This document shows, in pieces, positions 37,749 through 51,118 of a stretch of 64,000 nt of DNA (its first letter is position 1; each line of letters starts with the position of its first letter). The DNA is from Asterias rubens (Eukaryota): the NCBI RefSeq assembly GCF_902459465.1, contig NC_047065.1:12152001-12216000 (forward strand), given 5' to 3'. Both the position numbers and the translations under genes were made by a program. Below the pieces are notes generated by a model. It saw nothing but the letters and a program-made list of their open reading frames with translations, made no database searches and was not told the DNA's origin.

Positions 37749-40700
37749 TCACCAGTATTCCCCGGCTGTGTTGAGTATAGCTAACGCAACTGCACCTATG
37801 CCAGCCGATAGTGCCCATACCGTTACTTTTAGAGCAACACTACCTCGGCTTTGATGCTCCGGACTGGATGACGTCGCAGCTCCGTTCAACCGGGACGTCA
37901 TCTTTTGAAGAACCTTGTCCGGTCTCTGATACAGCGTCTCCAACTCAAAGTCATTGTGTTTAGACATACTCGTACTGTGTGAAAGAAACAACAACATGGG
38001 GTGTCATGGCCGAGTTGTTTAAGAGCATCAAATTCAAGTTCTGGTAGTTAAGTCATCACGAGGTGGGTTCGAATCCCGGTCATGACATTTGGTGTCATTA
38101 AGCAAGACACTTTCCTGTAAATGCATCTCTTCATCAAGTGGTAAATGGGTACCTGTGAGGGCAGATTGATTGATTTAGCTTAGTGTGCTACTTACTTGGC
38201 AGCACAGGCTGTTTACTCCCCAGGGCGCTGAGAGGGTTTAATGAAATAGAAGGCCCTGTGACCAGGGGTTAAAAATGTATGAGAGCCATAAGCGCCAACT
38301 GTGTTTTAGTAGCTGGGCCAATAAATTATTAATGTAATGTTTTACTCAGATGTTTAATTAATTAATTTTAAGTAACTGCTCTCCCTTAGAGTGAACAGTA
38401 GGCCTCACTTCTCCCTCTCCATTTTTCTGTGTAAGATTTAGGCCATTTCAAAAATTAATGTCACGTTTTACTTTAAATTTTTAACTTTGTAACTGTTCAT
38501 GTAATTCTGCTGACTGGCAGCAAATTGAATAGATTATTAATGAGCCATTGAATGAAATGAAATGCATTTGCTGTTGAAGCTCTAACGATTGTAATTTACC
38601 TTAGTTTGTACTGTAGTCTAGCCTCCCTGGCCATCTCCTTGGGTGGGTATTGCACAAATAGATCCCCCGCCTGACTCACTAGATGTTCCATGGGTAGATC
38701 GCTGGGGATTTTAGACAAGAGACTGTGGACATAGGCCATATCACACTCGCAGGCTAGTACCTCTTCCTGGCGGTGAAGTACTATCTATTGAATAAGAATA
38801 AAAAGAAGGTATCTAAAACAAGAGACTGTGGACATAGGCCATATCACACTCGCAGGCTAGTACCTCTTCCTGGCGGTGAAGTACTATCTATTGAATAAGA
38901 ATGAAAAGAAGGTATCTATAAAGCAAGAGACTGTGGACATAGGCCATATCACACTCGCAGGCTAGTACCTCTTCCTGGCGGTGAAGTACTATCTATTGAA
39001 TAAGAATGAAAAGAAGGTATCTATAAAACAAGAGACTGTGGACATAGGCCATGTCACAATCGCAGGCTATGGTTATTGGCATTCATTATTGTTTCCCGAT
39101 ACAAGGAACATGAACAAGATGGAGGCAGCATGATATAGGTCTATGACATCAAAGGTGGAGGTTAAGTGGCATGATGCCCTCCGTGCACAAGCCAGTTGTT
39201 GGTGCTCAAATGACATGAACCAATTAAGGGGCATTAAAATTTAAATATTTTCTCAAAAGAAAACAAGAAAGCCCAGGTTATTTTATAGAGTATTTGTTTT
39301 CTTTACGTTGCTAATCCAAAGTTTCATTGTGACATTGACAAAGATGTTATTAAAAGAGAAATTATAACTTTTGAAGCTCTAAAAAGCTTTAAAATAAATA
39401 TACTTTGCAAAGGCACGATGAGGATTTGTTTAAAGCCAACATTAAGTGGACAAACACTTACTGCAGCAGCTAGATAGACTGGCATTAATGGATGACAGGC
39501 TAGGAAGAAATCATACAGCCTGACGACACTGCGGAAATCATTCAGGACATGCCCATACCAAGTGATCAGCCAGGCTAGCGCAAATACTGTGCCGACCTCT
39601 GACCTACAAATAAAGTCAAAGAATTGGGTATTAGAATGGAACTTCATAGTGGTTCAGCTACCTTTATGACAATAATAATTACGACTTTTTGCGTTATCGT
39701 TTAATCTTTCTCAGCTCCCTTGGGAGTATACAACACTTAGGTGCCGTGGCGCTCCAAAGGCTTTTTCAAAAACAATATAAACCTCTACCCTCGCATGTAC
39801 CCATTTATACCTCTGGGTGAAAAAAAGCCATTACAGTAAACGCATCTTGCTTAACGACACAATATTTCACATAATATAATATCGAATAGTATCAAAGTCT
39901 TATAGCGCACATATCTACCAAACAAGGTACTCAAGGCGCCGGGTATATACAAACTTTCAGAAAGATAGGTTATTACAGTGATGAATTCTGAGACCCAATT
40001 ATGTAGCAGTTATAAGGGTTTACAAGGTGCTACGGCGCATTAAGCAGCCGCAACCAGGAACACCGGGAAAACCCCTTCTCTTTTCGATATAAGTGCACTG
40101 ATGGGACCAACGGCTTTGTGTCCCATCCGAAGGACAAAGCAATGGTTAAGTGTCTTGCATACGGACACAAATGTCACGGCTGGGAATTCGAACCCACACT
40201 CTGCTGATCAGAAACACCAGAGTTTGAAATTCGGTGCTCTTAACCGCTCAGCCATGACACTTCCACATGACCGGGATTCGAACCCACACCCCAATGACTT
40301 AACCCCCAAGGTCCAATTTGATGGTTCTGCTTAGCGCAGAGGTCTGTGCTTAATCCGTAGATCAATCTGCTTAAACCATAAAAACCAGAACTTGAGTCTG
40401 GTGCAATAAACTGCTCAGCCATGACGTACATGTCTTGGAACGCTGCACAGGGCACCACAGCAAAAGCACAGGGCACCATCGCAATTGCTATGGGTGCTGT
40501 GGGTTAATTCAAGGCTTGCCTTTATGGAGGCGATCATCACTTACGCTTGCATGAAATCATGGAGTTCTGGGTTGGCTTTTTTGATGATTGGCAAGAGATA
40601 GTTTAACATGTGCCTGGTCCTGTCCATGTTGGCATCCATGAAATCCCTGGCCACAAAATAAAAAAAATACAACACATATAAATAATTTTAAAAAATGAGC

Positions 40701-43700
40701 GAAGGATTTTATAAGTGCAAAAAAACTGGGTGACTCGATCGACTGAAGAAAAAAAAAACTCACTCACAAGTAAATCAATTTTGTTTCTTTTAAATGTCCA
40801 AATTGAAAAGTTTTATGTTTCGAAAAGACTTTAGTGAAGCACGCCCTGGCATAGTTTGCAACCATCGATACATCATTATGTATTATAGACAAATAATTGA
40901 AGGGACAGTCAGGCCTGTATGCTTCATTTTTTAAAAGGGCAGGGGCAACAAGGCATTTTCTCCTTGTTAAAGCCATTGGACACTTTTGGAACAGAACAAA
41001 AAATAAAAGTTCACAGGGTTTACAGAAGGTAATGGTGAAAGACTTCTCTTGACATATTATTCCATGAAATGCTTTACTTTTTGAGATTTAAAACAATATA
41101 TAAATTCTCTATAATCTAGAATTACGTTTTTTTTTAAACACATGTCATGACACGGCGAAACGTGCGGAAACAAAGGTGGGTTTTCCCGTTAGTTTCTCCC
41201 GACTCCGATGACCAATTGAGCCTAAATTTTTACAGGTTTGTTATTTTATATATATAAGTTGTGATACACGAAGTGTGGGCCTTGGACAATACTGTTCACC
41301 AAAAGTGTCCAATGGCTTTAAAAGCCACTCTATGAGGAAATTGTAAATTTCTATTGAAGCATTTGAAGGGCACCAAGGCAACGACCAGGGGGAATCGCCT
41401 CCTTTGCCTCCATGAAGTGTTAGACCACAGTGCCCCCCCCTTCTTCTCAAAACTTTTAGGTAAAGGGGAACAAAAACAAACCATGGCCGATAAGTGCATG
41501 CCTGTAGAATTACCTTAAATGATGAGTTGATAATTTATCTACCAGAGCAATTGAAGCTTCTTTACCGACCACCAGGAGGAAGGTTACGCATATATCGTGG
41601 TATCCCTACAAAGGCAAAACAAAACGAGATCTTAGTTTTAAGTCTATTTCATACTCTGATTAATAATAATAACATAACATTTATAAGGCGCACAGTATCT
41701 GGAATGGTAGTATTCAAAGGCGCCGGAAGCTAGCAAGCTGAAAAATTGAACAGATGAGTCTTGAGGTCGTGTTTGAATGTAGACAGATCAGGTGTGTCCA
41801 GAGACGCGGTGCGCAGCTGGAAAAGGCACGGTCTCCCTAACTTGCCAGACGAGTTTTGGGAACATAAGAGTATGTGTGAGGATCAGTTAGTGGTGGATTA
41901 ATTACTAGTGGAGCAATTACATTTACCTTTCCAACAAGACAATGCTTCCTGTGTTTGGATTAATAAACAAGTTAAAAATAAATTACAAGTGGATTTGTAG
42001 ATAAGCTACCACTGACTTTATGACCATATAGTCTTCAAAACCACCGGATTAATCACCAGAATATTGTGGATTAACTAACTGTTGATTTAACTACCCATGT
42101 GTTAACTAGCGATGGATTATTACCTGATAATAATGAAGCTGATCATTCTTAATGAGTACCCTGACAATGACGTCAACAAGTTGACCCTGTAGTTTTTCAC
42201 GTTGATCATCGCGCATACCTGGTAAGAGGAATAAAAGAAAACACAGTCAGATCTTTAATTAATAACAATAATGGATTCTTTGGGTGGCACGGTTGGCTTG
42301 TGCGTAAAGCGCTCGCCTCCCACCAAGGTGACCCCAGTTCGATTACCGGTCGGGGCCACATGTGGGTTGAGTTGTGCGTTGATTCTCTGCTGTGCCACGA
42401 GGGTTTTCCAGAGTATCCGGTTTTCCTCCCTCAGGAAAAAATCAAACACTTTCGATCTTGGCTGTGCTCCGTGGTCATAATGGGTTGATGTGGCTGGCAG
42501 CTAAATGCGTTTTTGCATGCCTGCTTCTCAAACACGTTGTAGCCGCGTCCTTCGCATTTCAGCTCTAGCTGCGAGTAAGGACGATTAGCCCTCCAAATTA
42601 TTATTACTATTATATAGCGCGCAAAACCGTTGCTCAGTGCAGTTAATGCGCTTTAACACCTGCAAGGTGTGTAGGGCTAAGTTTGAATTATGTAATGTAC
42701 TCCTTTTACATAGCACCATGTAATGGTTTACAAGGTGCTGTGGTGAAGTAGGCTGCCAATCAAACCAGGAACACCGGGGTGAACCCCTTCTCTTTTCTAT
42801 AAGTGCACTGGGTTGTTTTACACGCGTGACACAACACACGGTCGGGACCAACAGCTTTACGTCCAAGGGTCAAGACCGGGACACAAACCCACACTCTGCT
42901 GATCAGATACAGCAGAGCTTGAGTTCACGCTCTTAACCGCTCTTATAGACTTTTGGATGGTTAGACAGTGGGAGTTCACATTACCTTTTGGAAACCGTTT
43001 CAGTGATCTGTTGACATCCAACACAACTTGATGATAGTCTCTGTGCGCTTCTAAATTTACTCCTGCAAACGAACAAATCGCAAAAGAGAAAACCATTGAC
43101 TCAAACCATTCATTTCATCAATATATTTTTACAAGTATTCCTGATGCACTTTTTTTTTCTTTTTCCAACTTTAGCCTTTTTCACACTGTTTCTTTTAACC
43201 GTGTGGAATACAGCCCTGTGGAGGCCCGGGGTCCCAGGACTTTTCTTACCCCATTGTTACCCCAGCGCACTTTCACACTGTGTCCACATGGTTCCAGTTG
43301 CATGTTTTAAGAATACCCAGGGTGTTACCACTTACCCCTACTCCAAGGCAGGGGTGGCTATTCTGCCGGGGCAGATAGGGAGAAGACCAGGGTGGATTTC
43401 ACAAAGAGTTAAGACTAGTCCTATCTCGAGTTAGGACGAGTTACTAGTCCTAAGTAGTCCTAAGTTAGGACTAGTCCTTACTCTTTGTTAAATCGACCCC
43501 AGGGGTAAAGTGATCACAGTGTGAAAAGGCCGACCGTTTAAATTGAGTAGAGAAATGCGAAAAGAGCTTTTGACACTTTCTGTAGTTTGGAAGTAAAAGT
43601 ATAAAAGTAATTTGTACCTTTTTTGTAAGGTACATCAAACAGGTTGACATTGAGGAGTTTAGGCCAGGCTTTCCTTCGGACATCGTCTGTCAGTAGACCT

Positions 43701-44334
43701 CCTTTACTGATGGCTAGTTTGCGTAGGGCTGCGACATCCACTGGGTCAGCAGTTAAAGCCTTGTGAATTGTGGCTAGCTTGACTTTCCGCTCAGATTCTG
43801 TCCCTGAAGGATAAATAATTGAAATTTTTAAAGGCTACTTTAAAAAAAAGTTGGGTGAGCCCATCCGTGGTTTGTCATTTTGAGAGTCAATCTGCATGAA
43901 AAAACAGGCCTCGAAATTATCCATGGCACCCTGTGCTTTTGCCTTGGTGCCCTCTCTACAAGGATCCAAATACAAATTTACCTTGGTCCTTATAGAGTGC
44001 CCCATACCAGAGAAAAATTGCTGTGCCCCCTTAGTTCAAGGCCTGTTAAAGTGTGGCGCCTGTGTAACTCTAATAGTGCTAACATTGCCTAAAATGTGCA
44101 CCACACAGTAACAAAGAGGAAAATCTGAAACACAATTTTCATCTGCATCAAAAGAACGGTCAATTATCAGTTCTTTACTCGGTGATTCAGAGAGAAGTAC
44201 GTACCTTGCGGCGGGCAGTGCAGTGCCTGTACTGAGTTCACGGTTCCCTTGGAAGGGGAAGGTGACGGTGAAGGGGTACCCTTCCTACTGCGATCTTGAC
44301 TCCCACCTCGATGAGGCTTTCTCCTTAGACTCAT
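37749..44334 (-). CDS. TBC1D20: TBC1 domain family member 20 (Rab1/Rab2 GAP), 9 coding exons, about 411 aa
   Basis: Minus-strand exons 44334-44205, 43803-43618, 43062-42985, 42218-42124, 41605-41514, 40646-40545, 39603-39462, 38784-38600, 37974-37749 (1236 nt = 412 codons), GT-AG and phase-consistent. Motifs: DVAALRKLAISKGGLLTDDVRRKAWPKLL, DYHQVVLDVNRSLKRFP, LHYYQGYHDI, VGTVFALAWLITWYGHVL, RLYDFFLACHPLMP, and a C-terminal TM segment VTVWALSAGIGAVALAIL. Confidence 0.93.
37998..38270 (+). mobile_element. tRNA-derived SINE in TBC1D20 last intron
   Basis: TGGCCGAGTTGTTTAAG and GGTTCGAATCCCGG boxes; body motif GCAAGACACTT...GTAAATGGGTACCTG shared with about 12975-13250. Confidence 0.65.
38716..39069 (-). 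repeat. Tandem 103-105-bp repeat (3.4 copies) of the TBC1D20 exon 8 acceptor and exon start
   Basis: Units start at 38716, 38819, 38924 and 39029. Confidence 0.93.
39870..40259 (-). mobile_element. tRNA-derived SINE
   Basis: Reverse complement of the 25115-25550 family. Confidence 0.75.
40967..41321. mobile_element. TTAA-flanked MITE family B
   Basis: ttaa|AGCCATTGGACACTTTT...AAAAGTGTCCAATGGCT|ttaa. Confidence 0.75.
41660..41870 (-). mobile_element. 3' end of an L2-like LINE
   Basis: Minus strand gives a degenerate GDRAF...STFKHDLKTHLF-type terminus followed by an (ATT)n tail. Confidence 0.55.
42283..42595 (+). mobile_element. tRNA-derived SINE with V-domain-like core
   Basis: tRNA-like head (GGTTGGCTTGTGCGTAAAGCGCTCGCCTCCCACCAAGG...GTTCGATTACCGG), then CATGTGGGTTGAGTT...GGGTTTTCC...TCCGGTTTTCCTCCCTC. 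Confidence 0.6.
42596..42942 (-). mobile_element. tRNA-derived SINE
   Basis: Reverse homologue of the 25115-25550 family. Confidence 0.7.
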
Positions 44335-44584
44335 AGTGCTGGTTATTGAGCATCAGACTACTAATCATTTGAGAAACCGTCTATGGGTCATTGGTGAGGA
44401 GGAAGGCCTGAAAAATGAAACTGTCCCAAGTTAAATTAAAATAGAAAACATAGTTTGAACACTTTATTTTTTGAGGCAAGTGAGTAAACGGCACCCACTC
44501 TACACCAACTACTCTTTTTAATTTATTAGGCAGTGGAATAACCAGACGGCGGAGCCATCCTCATTTATTTACTGTACAAATCAG

Positions 44585-44900
44585 GATCAAACCTCAACCT
44601 CAGGAAGTTCTGGTTTAGCCAGAGAGTGGTAAATTACTGGAATATTCTCCCAAGAGAGGCAATTGAAGCTTCAAGTGTGAACACTTTCAAGGGACATGTG
44701 GACAAGTTCCTAAAGAATGTTTTGGGGGGGGGTCTACAAGCTCATATTAGCTGTCTGCCCTAGCCCCACTTGTGTGTTTTCAGCTAGCCTTGGCCACACA
44801 AGTGGGGCGACTGTCTGCCCCAGTAACCAGAACCACCGTCTCCTCCCCTGTTGTGTGATTGCATTGGTGGATTCAAGCAAGTCAAGCAAGTAAGTCAGTT
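44585..44900 (+). mobile_element. CR1 LINE 3' fragment
   Basis: NLRKFWFSQRVVNYWNILPREAIEASSVNTFKGHVDKFL, the canonical CR1 ORF2 end. Confidence 0.75.
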
Positions 44901-47900
44901 ACATAGTAAATAGATTAACATAGATTTGTACCAAAAATCAATCATTTTATAAATGTTTGAGCATAACCAACGACAGGAACCTTACTTCTCAGCATGATTG
45001 AGCCTGATGAAAATACAGACCGTGAGTAAACTGCATAGCTTCTGTCTACGGTGCAGCTTGCACAATCTCGCGGTAAACGGGAATCAAAGTTCGAAAACAT
45101 ACGAGGGTCGATAACGTATGACGCTATGAGTATGATACGACCCACTTACTTAGCACTGCGCTAGTTATCATAGACTCTAGAGTTGGTCAGTTTGGTGGTC
45201 AGCATCTTATCTGCTTATCTTACCTGAAAAGAGTCGTACCCATTACTTTGCTTTATCACAGAGGAAGGAAATCATTCTTCCCCGTGCATGATGCACTATT
45301 TGCGGTACACATATGTGTGTTAATTGGCTCCAATTTATTTCAGAAAATGTTGGTTGGACTTTTTATTTAGAATTAGAGTGTGTAATTGAAATTGCAATTG
45401 GCCTAGTTGCATAACAATTTATAATCATTGTTTTCGTATCTTGGTATTCGCAGCTAAATTCTGAGTAGGTATAACTTCAAGATATACACATGTGAAGTAA
45501 TGCAAAAAAGTAAGTAAACATGGATGGTAAATCATAAAATGTCGACGAGTTAAATATATTTTGTTGTAATAAAATAAACATTTATTTTTACAATTTTTAC
45601 CAATCGTTTGGAGCTTACTCTCGGTATCTTGCAATAACTTTGTTGGGAAAATGTCCGGGAGTCCGAACGTAAATCCGGCAAGTCCTTTTGAAATGAAGCT
45701 GTTCCCTTATGAAAAGGATGAAACTTTACCCTATTGATTGTTGTTTAGCTTACAATGTACTGTCACCATATGTCACCGATCGGGGGATGAAAGAGTCGAG
45801 TGTAAATGTAACACAGCGCCCTCCATTGTCGATTTAAAGTAAAGGGTGGAGGCTCAACCTCGTCCTCATGGTTTACTTGAGTTCAAACATGTTTACAATA
45901 TTGTTACGTCGTCACTGCTCGACACACCCCCTGTGGACGAGGTTGGTAGGAGCCCTTGTAGGCCAAATCCATAGCGCTATATCATAGAATTTTGCTAACA
46001 CCTTGCTAAGCAAAACAAGTAGGTTACCGGTCACAAATTGTACAGGTGACATGGTACTTCGGCTGGTAACCTTATCCTGGTAAACATAATTTTGTTGTGC
46101 TTTGCAAGTTTTTCTGCTCAAGCAGCTCTATGAAATCGGGGCCCTTTAAAATTATAAACATAATTTTGTTGTGCTTAGCAAGTTTTTCTGCTCAAGCAGC
46201 TCTATGAAATCGGGCCCTTTAAAATTATGACGTTTCGGGGGCGGGGGCCCGCATTTGTTCTTGTCATTATGGACAGAATTTTCTGAATCAATGCAATTGA
46301 TAATACCCATAAAACTAAATAAAAAGGAGGCCTAACTTTCATACAGGGCTATACCTGGTAACTGGGGTGCTGTACTCCCCCACCCCCCCCCCCCCCTCCC
46401 GCATTAATATGCATACATCACAATACCATAATCAAGGTCACATAACTGTTATTGTTCTCATCTATGCTGGCAAAGTTATTTTAAAACTAAATCAATATAA
46501 CGTTTTAGTGTGTACAATGGTAAAAATATGCCTATATGAAAAAGTGGACAAATGAACAACTGCTGGCGTCTAACAACAACTATATTTAAAGGCCATAGAA
46601 TATTGTTTTGAATGCTTTTCAAACTCTTGCTGATTTTATAAAACCACACAATTATTTGAGTTCTACTTTTAGATTTTAACTCACAAATTTGTATATTTAT
46701 ATATTGAAAATAAACTGTTAATTTTTAGTTGTTTCCTAAGACCAAGACACCCCGGCACAAATTTAAGTTTGCAGCCCCCCCCCCCCAAAAAAAAAAAAAA
46801 ACTAGTAAAAATATAAACAAATATATTTTATTTCATAATTTTGAATTGCTAGGTGTAGTAAATTTTTCAAGCAGTACTTTTGCTAAAGAGCTTTAAGGAA
46901 TTGAGCCAGGTAACAATTAACTTTCAGCTGCAATGCATATTTGAAAAGGGACAAAAAATATCTCAAAGAAGAAAACATTCAAAATGACAATTCACAGAGG
47001 GTTAAAGAACTGGATACAGCATTTATTCAAATCTTATATAAATCAAAAACAAAATAAAACGAGAGAAAAACTAACAAAACTTTACCCAATATGTATATTT
47101 ACCAAGAAAAAATTAAAGCATTCTTAAACATTGTTTTAAGTAAAGGTAGTACAAATAAACAATACTTAACAAGCCTAACCTACAAATCCCCACTTCAAAA
47201 CAATATCAGTTAAACTGCAGGACTTTATATTTTCATGAAGAAATAATCATTTGTGTATTGCTGAGGAAAACACTGAAAGGTGTGTGCATGCTAAAATTTT
47301 GTTTTTCACAATTGCAATTCAGAATTTTACTGAACCAACTATCAAGAAGAAATGACAGCCTACTCGAATATGGCTGTCAGCACGTGCCTCTTGCTCTGAT
47401 TACCACATAGCAGTATTTGTTTTCTAGGATTATTGCTATGGGCCACTTCGTCAGCAGAAAACATCAGATTACAGGCATTATTAAATTGGGCCCAGATACT
47501 AAAACCTAAAATATATAGGATTTCAAATAAATAAAATGCGGAACCCCAAAAAGAAAATAATTCTGATGGAGTAAATTGATTAATATTAACCCCAAAACAA
47601 TCAGACCAAAACCCAAAGTAATAAAAACTCCTCAAAATTACATAAAAGAGAAGGAAAAAACTTGAAACCGTTCAATTAGTTGAACATCCAAATGTAAGCA
47701 TGTAAAATCAGATCCGATATATATTATTTTGTGAATGGGACGGGGAAAAAACATTTATGCCAAAACATTGTATCTTGCACAAAAATGATCCAAGCGAAAA
47801 CACTGTATCTCGGTGAACTTGGGTGTACTTCTGGCTACTGAATCATGTTTTGACAATTTCAAACTTGAATGTAACGCAAGTGCTGTTCTAGGGGATAAAA

Positions 47901-48138
47901 TGTTTTTGTACCGTCACAATGGTTTGTACTAAAATGAAACAATCTAACTTTGGATTTCATTTGGGTTTTTTTGAGAGCGAGCATACATAGAGTGTTACAT
48001 TTGAGAGTCATGACTATGAGTAGAATGTCTAATTATTGTTGGGAATTTCTTAAGGACGATCGTTGTTCATATTTACAAGCAGAATTGAAGTAAGCTGTAC
48101 AATTATCGACTGTGAACCAGCGTCGATCATTCTGTGAA

Positions 48139-51118
48139 TCAGTCCGTGGAACTTTGGATCGTTATCAGTAGATACTCCTTTTCTGTAATAAAAAAAATAA
48201 TAAAACACATCAATATAAAACCTCAATCCAAAAAGTTCTAAGATAATGGTTTTTACAATTTACAAAAAAAATATCTCATTGATATACGTGCTGACATGGG
48301 TAGGCCCCTACTAAGCTTGGGCGATATCACGATATTATCGAATATCGCGATATTAATTTGGACCTGATTTCGATATTGGATGGATGTGGTTTTAATCGAA
48401 ATATCGATAATCGCGATATATCGATATATCGATTAAATATCGCGATGTATTTGCTAGCTGAGACATCTTGCACCCCATAGGTTTGGAGTAAAACCAGAAG
48501 AATAGGTCATTAGAACACCTCTCTTATGCTAGGACTGTCTCTTCTACAACTTTCACTTGGAGTTTTAAGACTGATGATGTCAAATTTCATTAATCGCGAT
48601 TATATCGAGTATCGCGATATATTGTCGGCGATATATCGTGAATAAAATAAATCGATATCGCCCAAGCTTAGCCCCTACATGTTGAATGTCATAGATAGAA
48701 TGTCATTGAACAACCAGCCGTCTACATACAGGTACCAAAGACTCCAAGCAAGCATTGGGTGAATGAGTTTCTTCTTTTTGTGCAGCTGCCACTGGTACCA
48801 CAGACTGCCACAAAGTGCCATACCTTCCAGGCTAGCAATGGGTGCATGGATTTCTTCAGTTTGTACAGGTGGTAATTATGTAGAAACTTACTAGATTGTG
48901 TACTGTGGACTTGGTCTCTACAGTCTCCTGTGGATTTGTTTTGGAAAGAGCCAGTTGGCCAGGAGAGATAATAGGGGCAAGGTCAAATACAGAACTTCTC
49001 GTCTTCATTGCGTAACCAGTACATGTATATTTCTGGACACTGTGAACTTCAATACAGGGCATTTCTTGGGCTATAAGGCTTCCATGGAACATTATATTTA
49101 TATGTCAAATGCTTACCGGGCGCAACTATGACTTCATGCTTCCGTGTCCGAATGCGCAGAAAGGTCAGGTCATTCTGAGGGTCAATGTCGCGGACCACGC
49201 TACGAGCCTTGGCCGTCAGCTGGTGTATCAGCCCAGCGTATTGCACTGTGGTGGAATTATCCAGCGTGGTCCTCACCGGTATACCTGTAAAAAAAAGAAT
49301 AGGTCTGGAATGTCATCTCTGAGTCTGAGAGGCCAATGCTGTTTTTGTTTTGCAAAGGGCACTTTTTCCATTTTCCATCTACAGTACAATAAACTTTTGA
49401 AAGGGCTCCTAGGTGAAGAAAAGGGCAACCAAGGCAATGGCCTAGGTGTATTGGCCGTGCAAGTCTTGCACATTTCAAACACATGTGAAGGGAGCAAACC
49501 CAGGCACTTTAACGGCTCCAAATGTTTAAATATGTTTGAGACTTTCAGTTGTTATTCTAGTCTTGCATCAAATAACTTGTATCTTTGGCAAGAGACCCTA
49601 AAAAATCCTCCCACCTCTATGTTTAGCAATTTCTTCATTCAACTGAGTGGTACATTCTGTGGCAACTACCACTTGTCTCCCATGGGTAGACAAGGGCAGC
49701 CCTTGAAATAAACCACAGCACCCATTGCAATTGCTGTGGTGCCCTGTGCTTTTGCCGTAGTACTGTGCAAGATTCCTGTACAAATTTACATTATTCGTTC
49801 GTTGTTTTTCAGAAGAAAAAAGAACAATACATTTGTTTTAAAATAAAACCTGGTGCTGCTTTCTTGAAACAATGTTTTCAGCAGAATCATCAAACATTTC
49901 TGTAATGCATTGTTTGGGTATATCATAACAAAGGGACATTTAGCTAATCTTGTTGCCCAGTGATGAGGACTTCAGAGGGCCATTTCACAAAGCAACAATA
50001 TTCATTGCAACTTGCAAGACAAATTTTCAGTATCACCATATAGTGATTTGTATAGTGACAGCACAGCTTACTTAGCAACTATGATTGATTTGCAGTTACG
50101 ATCAATCTTAGATCTTTGTGGAAATCGGCCCCAGGTGAACTAAAATTAATATATCAACATGAAATGACTGATCTGAGATAACCATTGGTGTTATGTTTAC
50201 CTTCCATATTGACAACAATAATTCCAATCACTCCCTTGTGGGACGAGATCCTCTTCAGACATTCTTCAACTTCATTCTGTAAACAAATATTATCAGATAA
50301 AAAAATAATAATAAGAGTAAGCCAAACAAAAGACAACTTCCTTAATTGTTAATAAGGTTTATCGCGAATAGCCAAATATTAAGAGAGGGCGCTGTTGAAC
50401 CCACACAAAGGTAAAGGCTTTGCGTGCGCGAGTCGTAGTAACTGCATAGAAACCGCCCCATATTCCTTCCCACAATGCATTGCGTTTCTGAATCACGATA
50501 AACCTTATGCGCTTGTGAATAACGAATGCTATTGTTTTAGGATAATATTTCATTTGCATTTGGGTAAATTAAGTCCTAAAACGTTTTAAAAGTTTGATTT
50601 TCACTCATTTTTTTTTTACTTTAATTTGATTTAAAAAAAATTATTTTAGTTAGGGGCTAATTTATCTAAAATTAACAAGAAAAGATCTCTGGTTAACTTT
50701 CCGTATGGCGCCACCACTTTTTCACTCATTTTTACAAAAAAGGATATTTGAGGTAAATGATTTAAAATCAAATTAGAATTAGATACTAAACTATTTCATA
50801 TCCAATAAAAAAGTGGTGGCGCCATACGGAAACTTTTCCATAGTGAATTCCAAACATACTGCCAATACCATGGAATAGACTACCCGTTACATTAAAACAT
50901 AACATGGATCATTGCTCCATGATTGCACCGTCATACAAAATTTCGGTAATTCCAAAATGTCAACAGTACACAACACATGACATGAGACGAATGGAAAGCA
51001 AAATGGATGATGATACATTTTAACCCCGTATTTAACAGTAGTTATCATATTCTTAAGCGTCAGACACTCATACAGAATGTTAGGAGTGTATTTATTATTA
51101 TTTGAAACAACTTACCAT
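48139..51118 (-). CDS. DYNLRB2: Dynein light chain roadblock-type, 96 aa
   Basis: Minus-strand exons 51118-51116 (ATG only, aaacATG|gtaag), 50276-50201, 49284-49117, 48182-48139. Product [96 protein letters not shown]. Probably the single invertebrate DYNLRB1/2 co-orthologue. Confidence 0.93.
48312..48670. mobile_element. hAT-type MITE
   Basis: TIR TAAGCTTGGGCGATATC with a perfect 8-bp TSD GCCCCTAC (48304-48311 and 48671-48678). Confidence 0.85.
50352..50508. mobile_element. Small TIR element (ATAAGGTTTATCG termini), uninterrupted copy
   Basis: Homologue of the host element at 4099-4536. Confidence 0.7.

Noticed and set aside
49109-49711. 200-aa plus-strand ORF
   Set aside because: Antisense to DYNLRB exon 3 and runs through intronic repeats.
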